Source: an uncultured delta proteobacterium (GTDB lineage Bacteria; Myxococcota_A; Polyangia; DRWM01; JAAZOP01). From it: DNA of 57,544 bases. The notes beneath the pieces are model-generated. The model did not search any database. It saw only the letters and a program-made list of their open reading frames with translations, and was not told where the DNA came from. Within the stretch, counting starts at the first letter, position 1. Every line of letters begins with the position of its first letter. The translations under genes were made by a program, and so were the position numbers. This document shows, in pieces, positions 49,437-57,544 of the stretch. Where the stretch lies: contig CAMTWF010000109.1 of assembly GCA_947085355.1 (NCBI GenBank), forward strand, positions 1 through 57,544, written 5' to 3'.

Positions 49437-51644
49437 TCATGGGCGCTCCGCGGGGGGCGTGTGCTTCTGCCGCCACCGGGCCATCGCCAGGCGGATCTCG
49501 TCCCACGTGAAGTCCGCCGGCACGGCGGACTTCACCGGGGACAGGAAGACCGTCTCCCCCGTCTTCTCGACCGCTTGCTCGATCGCCGCGGCGCGATCCG
49601 CGGGGACCTCGGACGAGATGTCGACTGTCTCCCCCTCGTCCATGCAGACGACGAGGTGGCTGACGATCGTCGAGCGGGCCAGGTCGCGATCCTCGGCCAC
49701 CGCCGCGATGCTCCCCAGCCGCCTCCAGGCATCGAGCGTAACGCGGGCGGAGGGGTTCCTCGGGGCCGCGGGCGCCGCCGTGGCGGGTTTCGGCGCCTCC
49801 GGACGCCGCTTCGTCGCGTCGGGCAGGCGGATCGCGACGTTCGCGCGCTTGAACATCACCTCGCGGCCGAGCGGCGTGATCTCCACCTTCGGGTACTGGG
49901 TGTCGGAGAGGTTCACCGCGACGCAGCCGACATCGATCATCTCGTCGAGGATGGCCTCGATCGTCTCCTGGCGCATGTGGCGGAGGAGTCCGTACGTCGA
50001 GAGGCGGTCGAGTTTCCACTCGATGAGCTTCTTCTCCTGCGACCCGCAGAGGACCTGGACGACCTTCGCCTTCCCGAACCGCCCGGCCATCCGGGCGACG
50101 CATGAGAGGACCTTCTGGATGAGGACGACATCGTCCTCCGTCGCCTCCCGGCGCCCCGCGTGCCGGGTCTCCTCGCACGCATCGCAGGCCGGGCAGCGCG
50201 TGGGGGTGGAGGGGTCGCCGAAGTACGACAGCAGGTACCCGCGCCGGCAACCTCGGCTCCACGCATAGGCGACGATTCGCGACAGGCGCTCCTCGTCGTT
50301 GGCGCGCTTCGCCTCCGTGCGGCGGAAGTCGATGGCGAGCTTCCCGCGCTCGACGAGCCTCACGCGGACGGCGCCCTCGTCCTCGGGGCCGCCGAGGCGG
50401 ACGAGGTGCCCCTCCCGTTCGAGGAGCTTGATGCAGGACTCCGCGGTCGCGGAGCGGACCTTCCCGGGGAGCTGTTCCGCGAGCCGTTCGAGCCAGACGT
50501 CCTGGACGTCTTCCCTGGAGGAGGTCAGGATCCGCCAAGCCGCCTCGACGACGGCGCGGCGGGGGTTGGCGAGGTCGACGAAGAACTCCTGGGTCCGCGT
50601 GTCGGCCTGGTTGAAGAGGAGGGTGCACGTCGCGGGCTCGCCGTCGCGCCCGGCGCGGCCGGCCTCCTGGTAGTACGACTCGACGCTCCCGGGGACATCG
50701 TGGTGAAGGACGGCGCGGATGTCGGGCTTGTCGATCCCGAGGCCGAAGGCGTTCGTGGCGACGATGACGGGGGCGTCGTCGGCCATGAACAGGTCCTGGA
50801 CCTCCCTGCGGCGCGCGTCGCGGAGGCCGGCGTGGTACCCGACGGCGGGGATCCGCTCGACGCGGAGGATCTCCACGACGCGCTCGACGTTCTTGCGCGT
50901 CGCGCAGTAGACGATCGCGGAGCCGCGGCGGGCGGGCTTTCCGTCCTTGACGAGGCCGAGGCGGTGGACGGTCTCGACGATCTCAGCGATCTTCTCGTCG
51001 TTTCCCCCGACCCGGCGGACTCGGAGGAAGAGGTTCTTCCGGTCGAACCCGACGAAGAACTCGCGCGTCTCCGACGTGAAGAGCTGGGCGCGGATGTCGT
51101 CCTTGACGCGCGGCGTGGCCGTGGCGGTGAACGCGGCCACGGGCGGGCGGCCGACGCGATCGACGGCGTCGCGGATCTTCATGTAGTCGGGGCGGAAGTC
51201 GTGCCCCCACTGGCTGATGCAGTGGGCCTCGTCGACGGCGAGGAGGGAGATCTCGGCCTTCGCGAGGGCGGCGAGGAACCGCTCGTTCTTGAACCGCTCG
51301 GGGGCGACGTAGACGAGCTTGTAGGCGCCCCGCGCGAGTCCCTGGAGGCGGTCCCACGCCTCCTCCATGTCGAGGGCGCTGTTGATGAACGTGGCGGGAA
51401 GGCTGCGCTCGGTGAGGCCGTCGACCTGGTCCTTCATGAGTGCGATGAGCGGCGACACGACGAGGGTGACCCCGGGGAGGAGGAGGGCGGGGAGCTGGTA
51501 GCAGAGGGACTTCCCGCCGCCGGTGGGCATGACGACGAGAGCGTCCTTGCCCGCGAGGAGGGTCTCGACGACGTCCCGCTGCCCCTCGCGGAACGCGTGG
51601 AAGCCGAAGTGCTTCTTGAGGGCCTCCTCGAGGTCGATCGACAT
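49437..51644 (-). CDS. recQ: ATP-dependent DNA helicase RecQ (735 aa) with a C-terminal HRDC/wHTH extension
   Basis: FGF..FREGQ..V......GKD.LVVMPTGGGKSLCYQLPAL, LAVDEAHCISQWGHDFRPDY, AFTATAT, IVYC.TRK, ATNAFGLGIDKPD.R.V.H.D.P.S.E.YYQE.GRAGRDG. The Zn cluster is CRR..LL.YFG....C..CD.C. Start is ATG 51644. Confidence 0.95.
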   Translation of the reverse strand: MSIDLEEALKKHFGFHAFREGQRDVVETLLAGKDALVVMPTGGGKSLCYQLPALLLPGVTLVVSPLIALMKDQVDGLTERSLPATFINSALDMEEAWDRLQGLARGAYKLVYVAPERFKNERFLAALAKAEISLLAVDEAHCISQWGHDFRPDYMKIRDAVDRVGRPPVAAFTATATPRVKDDIRAQLFTSETREFFVGFDRKNLFLRVRRVGGNDEKIAEIVETVHRLGLVKDGKPARRGSAIVYCATRKNVERVVEILRVERIPAVGYHAGLRDARRREVQDLFMADDAPVIVATNAFGLGIDKPDIRAVLHHDVPGSVESYYQEAGRAGRDGEPATCTLLFNQADTRTQEFFVDLANPRRAVVEAAWRILTSSREDVQDVWLERLAEQLPGKVRSATAESCIKLLEREGHLVRLGGPEDEGAVRVRLVERGKLAIDFRRTEAKRANDEERLSRIVAYAWSRGCRRGYLLSYFGDPSTPTRCPACDACEETRHAGRREATEDDVVLIQKVLSCVARMAGRFGKAKVVQVLCGSQEKKLIEWKLDRLSTYGLLRHMRQETIEAILDEMIDVGCVAVNLSDTQYPKVEITPLGREVMFKRANVAIRLPDATKRRPEAPKPATAAPAAPRNPSARVTLDAWRRLGSIAAVAEDRDLARSTIVSHLVVCMDEGETVDISSEVPADRAAAIEQAVEKTGETVFLSPVKSAVPADFTWDEIRLAMARWRQKHTPPAERP

Positions 51645-51764
51645 GGCGGGCAGGATATTGCCGGCGTGTCCCGCCGGTCCAGCATCCTCCCCCGTCCCGG
51701 AGTCGCGCCCGCGCCGAGTTGGAGTCGCGCCCGTGGGTGTGTCCCCTTGAACGACCACGGGCGC

Positions 51765-52070
51765 TCATGCCGCGGTGGGCCTGCCGAGCGTCGCGCGCGC
51801 CCGGCCGAGCTGCTCGGCCGTGCCGATCAGCACGACCGTGTCGTCGGCCTCCAGGCGCGTCTCGGGCGCCGGGTTCGCGCGCATCTCGCCGCGGCGCATG
51901 ATCGCCAGGACAGACGCGCCCGTCTCGGCCCGCAGGTCGAGGTCGCGCAGCGTCCGCCCGACGGCCGCGGACCGATCCGTCACCTTCGCCGCCTCGACCG
52001 GGATCTCCGCGGGCGGATCGGCCAGGTCGTCGATGGGCGCCACGCACTGGCCCGACCCGGGTCCACGCAC
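51765..52070 (-). CDS. Stand-alone TrkA-C (RCK C-terminal) domain mini-protein
   Basis: VEAAKVTDRSAAVGRTLRDLDLRAETGASVLAIMRRGEMRANPAPETRLEADDTVVLIGTAEQL is a textbook TrkA-C pattern with high third-position GC. The start is uncertain (GTG 52070, GTG 52043 or ATG 52143). The longer track ORF would overlap rpmI. Confidence 0.65.
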   Translation of the reverse strand: MRGPGSGQCVAPIDDLADPPAEIPVEAAKVTDRSAAVGRTLRDLDLRAETGASVLAIMRRGEMRANPAPETRLEADDTVVLIGTAEQLGRARATLGRPTAA

Positions 52071-52155
52071 TTGATCCCGCCGGGCGGCGGGTGTAAGGAA
52101 GGCGGCTCCGGCGGCGGCGCACGCGATGATGCCGCCGCCCATGGAGGTCCGGGCG

Positions 52156-52353
52156 ATGCCGAAGATGAAGACCCGTCGGGCGACCCGCAAGCGGATGCGG
52201 GTTCTGCCGAGCGGCAAGGTCAAGAGATGGAAGGCGATGCACAGCCACCTGCTCCAGCACAAGTCGCCGCAGAGGCGGCGAAGGCTGCGGAAGGGGGCGA
52301 TCGTCACCGCCGCGAACGCGAAGCGGGTCCGGCGGATGCTCCCCAACGGGTGA
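52156..52353 (+). CDS. rpmI: 50S ribosomal protein L35
   Basis: MPKMKTRRATRKRMRVLPSGKVKRWKAMHSHLL. The protein is 65 aa, with GGAGG 8 nt upstream. Confidence 0.95.
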   Translation: MPKMKTRRATRKRMRVLPSGKVKRWKAMHSHLLQHKSPQRRRRLRKGAIVTAANAKRVRRMLPNG

Positions 52354-52381
52354 GCCGGCCGGCGACGGAAGGAGAGGACCT

Positions 52382-52735
52382 ATGAGGGTCAAGCGTGGCT
52401 TCAAGGCGCGCAGGCGCCGCAACCGCATCATGAAGCTTGCGAAGGGGTACTACGGGGGCCGGCGCAAGATGTTCCGCAGGGCGGTCGACGCCGTCCATCA
52501 TGCCTGGATCTACGCCTATCGGCACCGGCGCGAGCGCAAGGGCGACTTCCGGCGGCTGTGGATCGTGCGGATCAACGCCGCCGCCCGTCTGCACGCCCTC
52601 TCGTACAGCCGCCTCATCGCCGGCCTGGCGCGCTCCAACGTCGGCCTCAACCGCAAGTCGCTCGCCGACCTCGCCGTGGCCGATCCGAGCGCTTTCGGCG
52701 CCGTCGCCGCGATCGCCCGCGGGGCCGCGGCCTAG
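52382..52735 (+). CDS. rplT: 50S ribosomal protein L20
   Basis: MRVKRGFKARRRRNRIMKLAKGYYGGRRKMFR.A......A..YAYRHRR.RKGDFRRLWIVRINAA.R. Confidence 0.97.
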   Translation: MRVKRGFKARRRRNRIMKLAKGYYGGRRKMFRRAVDAVHHAWIYAYRHRRERKGDFRRLWIVRINAAARLHALSYSRLIAGLARSNVGLNRKSLADLAVADPSAFGAVAAIARGAAA

Positions 52736-52798
52736 CACTCCGACCGTGCCCGTGGTGGTCGTCCCTGCCGTAAGGCCGCCCGCTTTCGAGGACATGCC

Positions 52799-53857
52799 AT
52801 GAGCGCGGACGGGGAAGGAACCGGCGGGGCCGCCGATGTCGAGGCCGAGATCCGGCGTCTGCTTGCGGACCTCGACCCCGCGCTGGCCGCGGCACGCAGC
52901 CCCGACGAGGTGCGCGCCGCCGTTTCCCGCCTGACCGGCCGGAAGGGAGCGATCACCGCGCTCCTCAAGCTGCTCCCGTCGGTCGCACCCGACCGCCGGC
53001 CGCGGATCGGGGCCGCCATCAACGCGGCCAAGGATGAGATCGCCCGCCGGGGCGACGCTCGCCTGGCCCAAATCGATCGCGACGAGCTGCGACGCGCCGC
53101 GACGGAACGCCCGGTCGATGTCTCCCTTCCGCCGCGCGGTCCGCGAGTCGGCCACGCGCATCCGTTGTCGTCGACGATGCAGGACGCCGTCGACGTCTTC
53201 GCGGGTCTGGGGTTCGAGGTCGCCGACGGGCCGGAGGTGGAGGACGACTTCCACAACTTCGGCGCGCTCGGGTTCCCCCCGGACCACCCGGCCCGCGACA
53301 TGCAGGACACGTTCTTCCTGGAGGGCGACGGGCTGCTGCTGCGGACGCACACATCCCCGGTCCAGATCCGCGAGATGCTGTCCCGGCCGCCGCCGATCCG
53401 CATCGTCTGTCCCGGGGCGGTCTACCGCCACGACGACGATCCGACGCACTCGCCGAGGTTCTTCCAGATCGAGGGCCTTCTCGTCGACGAACGCGCCACG
53501 TTCGCGGACCTCAAGGGGCTCCTTGCGCTGTTCGTCCGCGAGTTCTTCGGGCCGGAGTTCCCGGTGCGGTTCAGGCCGTCGTTCTTCCCGTTCACCGAAC
53601 CGTCCGCGGAGGTTGATTGCGGCTGCGTCGCCTGCCGCGGCGCCGGCTGCCGAGTGTGCAAGGGCACCGGCTGGCTCGAGATCCTCGGCTGCGGGATGGT
53701 CGATCCGAAGGTGTTCCGCAACGTCGGCTACGATCCGGAGCAGTGGCAGGGGTTCGCGTTCGGCATGGGCGTCGACAGGCTGGCGATGTTGCGGCACGGC
53801 ATCCGCGACATCCGGCTCCTGTACGAGAACGACGTCCGCTTCCTGGCGCGGTTCTAG
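52799..53857 (+). CDS. pheS: Phenylalanyl-tRNA synthetase alpha subunit
   Basis: HP......MQD.F.GLGF....GPEVEDDFHNF.AL.FP.DHPARDMQDTFF, LLRTHTSPVQIR, PG.VYR.D.D.THSP.F.Q.EGL.VD, FRPSFFPFTEPS.EVD, GCGMVDP.V, GFAFGMG.DRLAML. Confidence 0.97.
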   Translation: MSADGEGTGGAADVEAEIRRLLADLDPALAAARSPDEVRAAVSRLTGRKGAITALLKLLPSVAPDRRPRIGAAINAAKDEIARRGDARLAQIDRDELRRAATERPVDVSLPPRGPRVGHAHPLSSTMQDAVDVFAGLGFEVADGPEVEDDFHNFGALGFPPDHPARDMQDTFFLEGDGLLLRTHTSPVQIREMLSRPPPIRIVCPGAVYRHDDDPTHSPRFFQIEGLLVDERATFADLKGLLALFVREFFGPEFPVRFRPSFFPFTEPSAEVDCGCVACRGAGCRVCKGTGWLEILGCGMVDPKVFRNVGYDPEQWQGFAFGMGVDRLAMLRHGIRDIRLLYENDVRFLARF

Positions 53858-53866
53858 AGGCGACGG

Positions 53867-56263
53867 ATGCGCGTCTCTGTTTCCTGGCTGCGAGAGATGG
53901 TCGACCTCCCGGAGGAGCCGGCGGTCGTGGCCGAGCGCCTGACGATGGCCGGGCTGGAGGTGGAGGCGATCGACGAGGCCGGGCGCCGCCTGGAGGGCGT
54001 CGTGGCCGCCGAGGTGCTCGCGACGGCGGCGCACCCGACGCGCCCGGACCTGCTGATCGTGACCGTGGGCGACGGCGTGCAACGATTCGACGTGGCGTGC
54101 GGCGCGCCCAACGTGCCGCCGCCCGGCGGCAAGGTCGTGCTCGCCCGCGTGGGCGCGAGGATCGGATCCGTCCAGGTCGAGGAGCGCGGGATCGGCGGCG
54201 TCGCATCCGCCGGCGTCCTGTGTTCCGAGACGGACCTGGACGTCGGGAGCGACCCGTCGGGCCTGCTGCTCCCGCCCGACTCGACGCCGCCGGGCGCCGA
54301 CGCCGCGGACGCGCTCGGCCTGCACGATACCGTGCTGGAACTCTCCGTCACGCCGAATCGTCCCGATGCGCTGGGCCACCTGGGCGTCGCCCGGGAACTC
54401 GGCGCGATCCTCGGACGCCCCGTCCGCGTCCCGCGCCCTCCGTGCCCGCTCGCGATCGCCGACCCCCGACCCCCGAGCCCCGACGTCGTCGTGGTCGTGG
54501 AGGATCCGGCCGGGTGCCCGCGCTACGGCGCAAAGGTCGTCCGGGGCCTGACCGTGCGGCCATCGCCCTGGCCGCTGCGCTACCGGCTCCACCTGCTCGG
54601 CGTCCGCGCGATCTCCAACGTGGTGGACGTCACGAACGCCGTGATGCTGCTGTTCGCCCAGCCGCAGCACGCCTTCGACCTGGCGTGCGTCCGCGGCGCG
54701 AGGATCGTCGTCCGCCGCGCCCGGCCCGGCGAGTCCATGCGGACCCTCGACGGCATCGAGAGGGCTCTCGCCCAGGACGACCTGCTGATCTGCGACGGCG
54801 AAGGTCCGGTGGCCATCGCCGGCGTCATGGGCGGCGAGGGAAGCGTCGTGCGGCCGGAGACGACGGACGTGCTGATCGAGTGCGCGCACTTCGATCCGCG
54901 ATCGGTGCGGCGAACGGCGCGGCGGCTGGGGCTCTCGACCGAGTCGTCGTACCGGTTCGAACGCGGCACGGACCGGACCGGCGTCCCCGGGGCGCTCGCC
55001 CACGCCGCGGCCATGATGGCCTCGCTGGGCGGCGGCACGGTGGCCGAACCCGCGATCGACGCCGGAGGCCCGGGCCCCGACCGCGCGGCGGTCAGGCTGC
55101 GGCCCGAACGCCTGGCGCGGATCGTCGGACGCAGCTACGAGGACGACGAGATCCTCGGTACGCTCGAACCGCTCGGCTGCCGCGTCCGGCGCGCCGGCGG
55201 CGGAGCGTTCGACGTGGTCGCACCCGGTTGGCGGGCGGACCTCGGGCGGGAGATCGATCTCGTGGAGGAGATTGCCCGCATTCGCGGCTTCGATTCGATC
55301 CCGGCGACGGCGCCCGCCCTGCCGGCCGGGCCGCGGCGGCGCGGCGCGTTCGAACGTCACCGCCGGATGCGCGAGATGCTCGTCGCCCGCGGTTTCTCCG
55401 AGGCGGTCAACCACGCCTTCGCCGGCGCGGAACCGCTGCGGATGCTCGGCGCGTCGGACGGAGAGATGCTGCGCCTGCGCAACCCGATCGCCTCCGACCG
55501 CGCCCGGCTCCGCACGACGCTTCTCGCCGGGTTGCTGGCGAACGTGCGGACCGCCTTCTCCCACCGGGAGCCTTCGGTCGCCCTGTTCGAGATCGGCCGC
55601 ACCTTTCACCATGACCCGTCGCGGCTGCCGATCGAGGTCCAGCGGCTCGGCATCGTCATGGCGGGGGCGCGGCCCGAATGGCTGGCGGCGAAGCCGGCGG
55701 CGTACGACATCCACGACGTGGCCGCGGCCGTCGCGGCGGTCGCCGAGGGGGTCCTGCGCCGGTCCTGGGCGCTGCGGCCGGACGCCGGTCTCGCCGCGTT
55801 CCACCCGCGCGCATCGTGCCGCGTGTCGATCGGCGGAGAGGATGCCGGCGTGTGCGGCGAGATCCATCCCGCCGTCGCCGATGCGTTCGGCGTGCCGCGC
55901 GGCGTCGTGGTGGCGGAGATCGGGATCGGGCCCGAGCGGTTCGACGCCGAACCGCCCCCCGGCATGGCGGACCTGCCGCGGTTCCCGGGAGTGCGCCGCG
56001 ACCTTGCGGCCATCTTCGATGAACGGGTCACGGCCGGCGAGGTGGAGGATGCGATCCGTTCGCTCGGCCCCGATTGGCTCGTCTCCGTCGGCGTGTTCGA
56101 CGTCTACCGCGGCGAGCCGGTGCCGCCGGGGTGCAAGAGCATGGCCTTCTCGCTGCTGTACCGCGTCGCGGACAGGACGCTGGTCGACGCCGAGGTGGAC
56201 GAGGCGCATGCCGGCATCGTGAATGGACTTGCGGCCCGCTATCGGGTAACGATGCGCACGTGA
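53867..56263 (+). CDS. pheT: Phenylalanyl-tRNA synthetase beta subunit
   Basis: MRVSVSWLREMVDL, a tRNA-binding domain, B3/4 and B5 (WRADL..EIDLVEEIARI.G.D.IP) domains, and a C-terminal FDX-ACB domain. It follows pheS by 9 nt. Confidence 0.96.
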   Translation: MRVSVSWLREMVDLPEEPAVVAERLTMAGLEVEAIDEAGRRLEGVVAAEVLATAAHPTRPDLLIVTVGDGVQRFDVACGAPNVPPPGGKVVLARVGARIGSVQVEERGIGGVASAGVLCSETDLDVGSDPSGLLLPPDSTPPGADAADALGLHDTVLELSVTPNRPDALGHLGVARELGAILGRPVRVPRPPCPLAIADPRPPSPDVVVVVEDPAGCPRYGAKVVRGLTVRPSPWPLRYRLHLLGVRAISNVVDVTNAVMLLFAQPQHAFDLACVRGARIVVRRARPGESMRTLDGIERALAQDDLLICDGEGPVAIAGVMGGEGSVVRPETTDVLIECAHFDPRSVRRTARRLGLSTESSYRFERGTDRTGVPGALAHAAAMMASLGGGTVAEPAIDAGGPGPDRAAVRLRPERLARIVGRSYEDDEILGTLEPLGCRVRRAGGGAFDVVAPGWRADLGREIDLVEEIARIRGFDSIPATAPALPAGPRRRGAFERHRRMREMLVARGFSEAVNHAFAGAEPLRMLGASDGEMLRLRNPIASDRARLRTTLLAGLLANVRTAFSHREPSVALFEIGRTFHHDPSRLPIEVQRLGIVMAGARPEWLAAKPAAYDIHDVAAAVAAVAEGVLRRSWALRPDAGLAAFHPRASCRVSIGGEDAGVCGEIHPAVADAFGVPRGVVVAEIGIGPERFDAEPPPGMADLPRFPGVRRDLAAIFDERVTAGEVEDAIRSLGPDWLVSVGVFDVYRGEPVPPGCKSMAFSLLYRVADRTLVDAEVDEAHAGIVNGLAARYRVTMRT

Positions 56264-56307
56264 TGGATGCCGCGCGAAGTCCGGGCCGATCCGCGAGGAG
56301 AAGCAAC

Positions 56308-56592
56308 ATGACGAAGGCCGACCTTGTCGACAAGCTGCACGAGACCGTGGGCGGGTTCAGCAAGAAGGAGGCCGCGGAGATCGTCGAAACCGCGTTCGAC
56401 GTGGTCAAGGAAACGCTCGGCCGGGGCGAGTCGATAAAGCTGTCCGGCTTCGGCAACTTCGTCGTCAGGCGCAAGGCGCCGCGGACGGGCCGGAACCCGA
56501 GATCGGGGATGCCGATCACGATCTCCGAGAGGACCGTGCTCACGTTCCGGCCTTCCAGCATCCTCCGGGCGGCGCTGAACCCGGGCCGCTAG
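56308..56592 (+). CDS. ihfA: Integration host factor alpha subunit / HU-family DNA-binding protein
   Basis: MTKADLVDKLHE..G.SKKEAAEIVE..FD.VKETL..GE.IKLSGFGNF.VR.K..R.GRNP..G....I..R.V..F.PS. It lies directly after pheT, as in the classical pheST-ihfA arrangement. Confidence 0.9.
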   Translation: MTKADLVDKLHETVGGFSKKEAAEIVETAFDVVKETLGRGESIKLSGFGNFVVRRKAPRTGRNPRSGMPITISERTVLTFRPSSILRAALNPGR

Positions 56593-56596
56593 TCAG

Positions 56597-57079
56597 ATGC
56601 GCGCCGACGACGACCGCCCCGCGATCCGTCTCCCCAACAAGCTCTACTTCCGCATCGGCGAGGTCGCCGCGATCGTCGGCGTCCGGCCGCACGTGATCAG
56701 GTACTGGGAGACGGAGTTCCCGGCGATACGGCCCGCCAAGTCGAAGACGGGCCAGCGCGTGTATTCGCGCCGCGAGGTGGAACTCGTGGCGATGATCCGT
56801 CACCTGCTGCACGAGCGCCGCTTCACGATCGACGGGGCGAGGCGGGCGTTGCGCGAAGACGGCATCGGCGGTGCGGTCCGCAAGGTGCGCCGCGACATTC
56901 GGGCCGGCGGCATCCCGGTGGCGCGCGAGACCGCCGAGGCGCTCCGTGAAATCGCCGCCGCGCTCCACGCCCTGGCGGCGAGGCTCGATGTGCCGCCGCC
57001 GCGTCGCGCCGACCCCACCCCGGCGGCGCGCCCCGGGCGCGCCGTCGCGCCCGTTGCCAAGCCTTCCCGTTCAGGCTAA
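56597..57079 (+). CDS. MerR-family transcriptional regulator
   Basis: YFRIGEVAAIVGVRPHVIRYWETEFPAIRPAKSKTGQRVYSRREVELVAMIRHLL is the MerR HTH signature. Confidence 0.88.
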   Translation: MRADDDRPAIRLPNKLYFRIGEVAAIVGVRPHVIRYWETEFPAIRPAKSKTGQRVYSRREVELVAMIRHLLHERRFTIDGARRALREDGIGGAVRKVRRDIRAGGIPVARETAEALREIAAALHALAARLDVPPPRRADPTPAARPGRAVAPVAKPSRSG

Positions 57080-57121
57080 TGATCCGTGCGTCGTCGGCGA
57101 CGCCCGCCGCGACGGTGCTCT

Positions 57122-57196
57122 CGGGGCGTAGCGCAGCCTGGTTAGCGCACCAGACTGGGGGTCTGGGAGTCGGTGGTTCAAATCCACTCGCCCCGA
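57122..57196 (+). tRNA. tRNA-Pro (anticodon GGG)
   Basis: Hand-folded. Acceptor CGGGGCG/CGCCCCG, D-arm GCGC-AGCCTGGTTA-GCGC, anticodon stem CCAGA/TCTGG with loop CTGGGGG. T-arm GGTGG-TTCAAAT-CCACT, discriminator A. No encoded CCA. Confidence 0.9.
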
Positions 57197-57307
57197 CAAG
57201 TCCTTCGGCGTGGGACGCCGGCGCCGCGTCACACGCGGCATCTGCGGGCGCATCCGCGATTTGTGGGGGGGCCGGCGCAGCCGTTCACGGCCCCGGCTGC
57301 AGCCTCC

Positions 57308-57365
57308 CGCCTGCCTGCCCTGCCTGCCGGCAGGCAGGCGGCAGGCAGGGCAGGCAGGCGGACGG
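57308..57365. repeat. GCCTGCC/GGCAGGC palindromic repeat downstream of tRNA-Pro, related to 47054-47125
   Basis: ccgcctgcctgccctgcctgcc-ggcaggcaggc-ggcaggcagggcaggcaggcgg, followed by acgg. It shares gcctgccggcaggcaggcggacgg with the 47-kb copy. Confidence 0.9.
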
Positions 57366-57544
57366 GCTACCCCCAAGAATCTCGAATGCACCCGGCATCT
57401 ACGGAGGTAATGAGCCGGGACCTCGTCACCCCCCCTGCGAGTTTCGGTGATGGGTAGGACGTCGCGGAGAAGCTGCGGCAGGGGTCCGAGTTTGTCGAGA
57501 AGGATGGGCGGGAAGAGGGCGACGTCGCGGCGGAGTTCGGGGAG

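Noticed and set aside
52304-56209. A 1301-aa minus-strand ORF spanning rplT-pheS-pheT.
   Set aside because: It is antisense to three unmistakable housekeeping genes and has low-complexity R/G/D/P composition.
57400-57544. A possible partial gene at the right edge. The minus frame reads LPELRRDVALFPPILLDKLGPLPQLLRDVLPITETR, and a + frame starts at ATG 57453.
   Set aside because: There is too little sequence and no motif. The minus frame would run without a stop across the tRNA, so neither can be supported.
57122-57544. An integrated prophage or island at tRNA-Pro.
   Set aside because: No integrase, att-like duplication of the tRNA 3' end or phage gene is visible before the window ends. It is only flagged as a site to extend.

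Overview
57.5-kb, visibly very GC-rich window (roughly 70%, estimated by eye, not computed) from a Gram-negative genome. BamD, LptE and a TonB-dependent-receptor-like barrel indicate the envelope type. Cysteine-rich CxxCG repeat lipoproteins and a MYXO-CTERM-like tail make it look Myxococcota-like (inference). All calls rest on reading the six-frame translations and the DNA by eye; no searches were run.

Housekeeping blocks:
- dnaE (partial, left edge)
- bamD plus a TPR protein
- panE plus a CoA-transferase/GNAT fusion
- leuS-lptE
- two orphan Opp/Dpp-type ABC ATPases
- ask-lysA
- fbp
- a GlcD-like FAD oxidase
- recQ
- rpmI-rplT-pheS-pheT-ihfA-merR-tRNA-Pro(GGG)

Main candidate for an undescribed system: a translationally coupled five-gene minus-strand operon at 4719-14633. 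It encodes a 1318-aa Upf1-like SF1 helicase with a large coiled-coil insert, an 883-aa wHTH protein with a degenerate PLD-like core, a 289-aa coiled-coil protein, and a double AAA+ ATPase (dead D1, ClpB-D2-like D2). The last gene is an orphan NrdG/PflA-type radical-SAM activase with no glycyl-radical partner in the window. The operon is preceded by a G17 homopolymer and a 21-bp x4.5 tandem array. I know of no named defence system with this composition.

Second accessory-type locus: an MksFEB/JetABC-like condensin triad (18051-22952) with no JetD/MksG nuclease. A Mut7-C (PIN-like) nuclease gene lies immediately upstream.

Third accessory-type locus: a DprA(SLOG)-like-AbiGi-like fusion ORF (46439-47698) with a 28-bp tandem repeat in its linker.

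Smaller items: an MntA antitoxin with a decayed HepT, a small two-gene TA-like cassette, a 77-bp MITE with an 11-bp target-site duplication, and gene remnants (DUF4349-like, GxxExxY-like).

The non-coding DNA is remarkable. Almost every intergenic gap carries 6/7/9-nt tandem arrays, often paired as inverted arrays that form hairpins. A roughly 75-110-bp element with an identical TTGCCG-N17-TTTCAT promoter-like module sits in the same orientation directly upstream of leuS, ask and fbp.

Many very long ORFs in the track are antisense or read-through artefacts of the high GC content.
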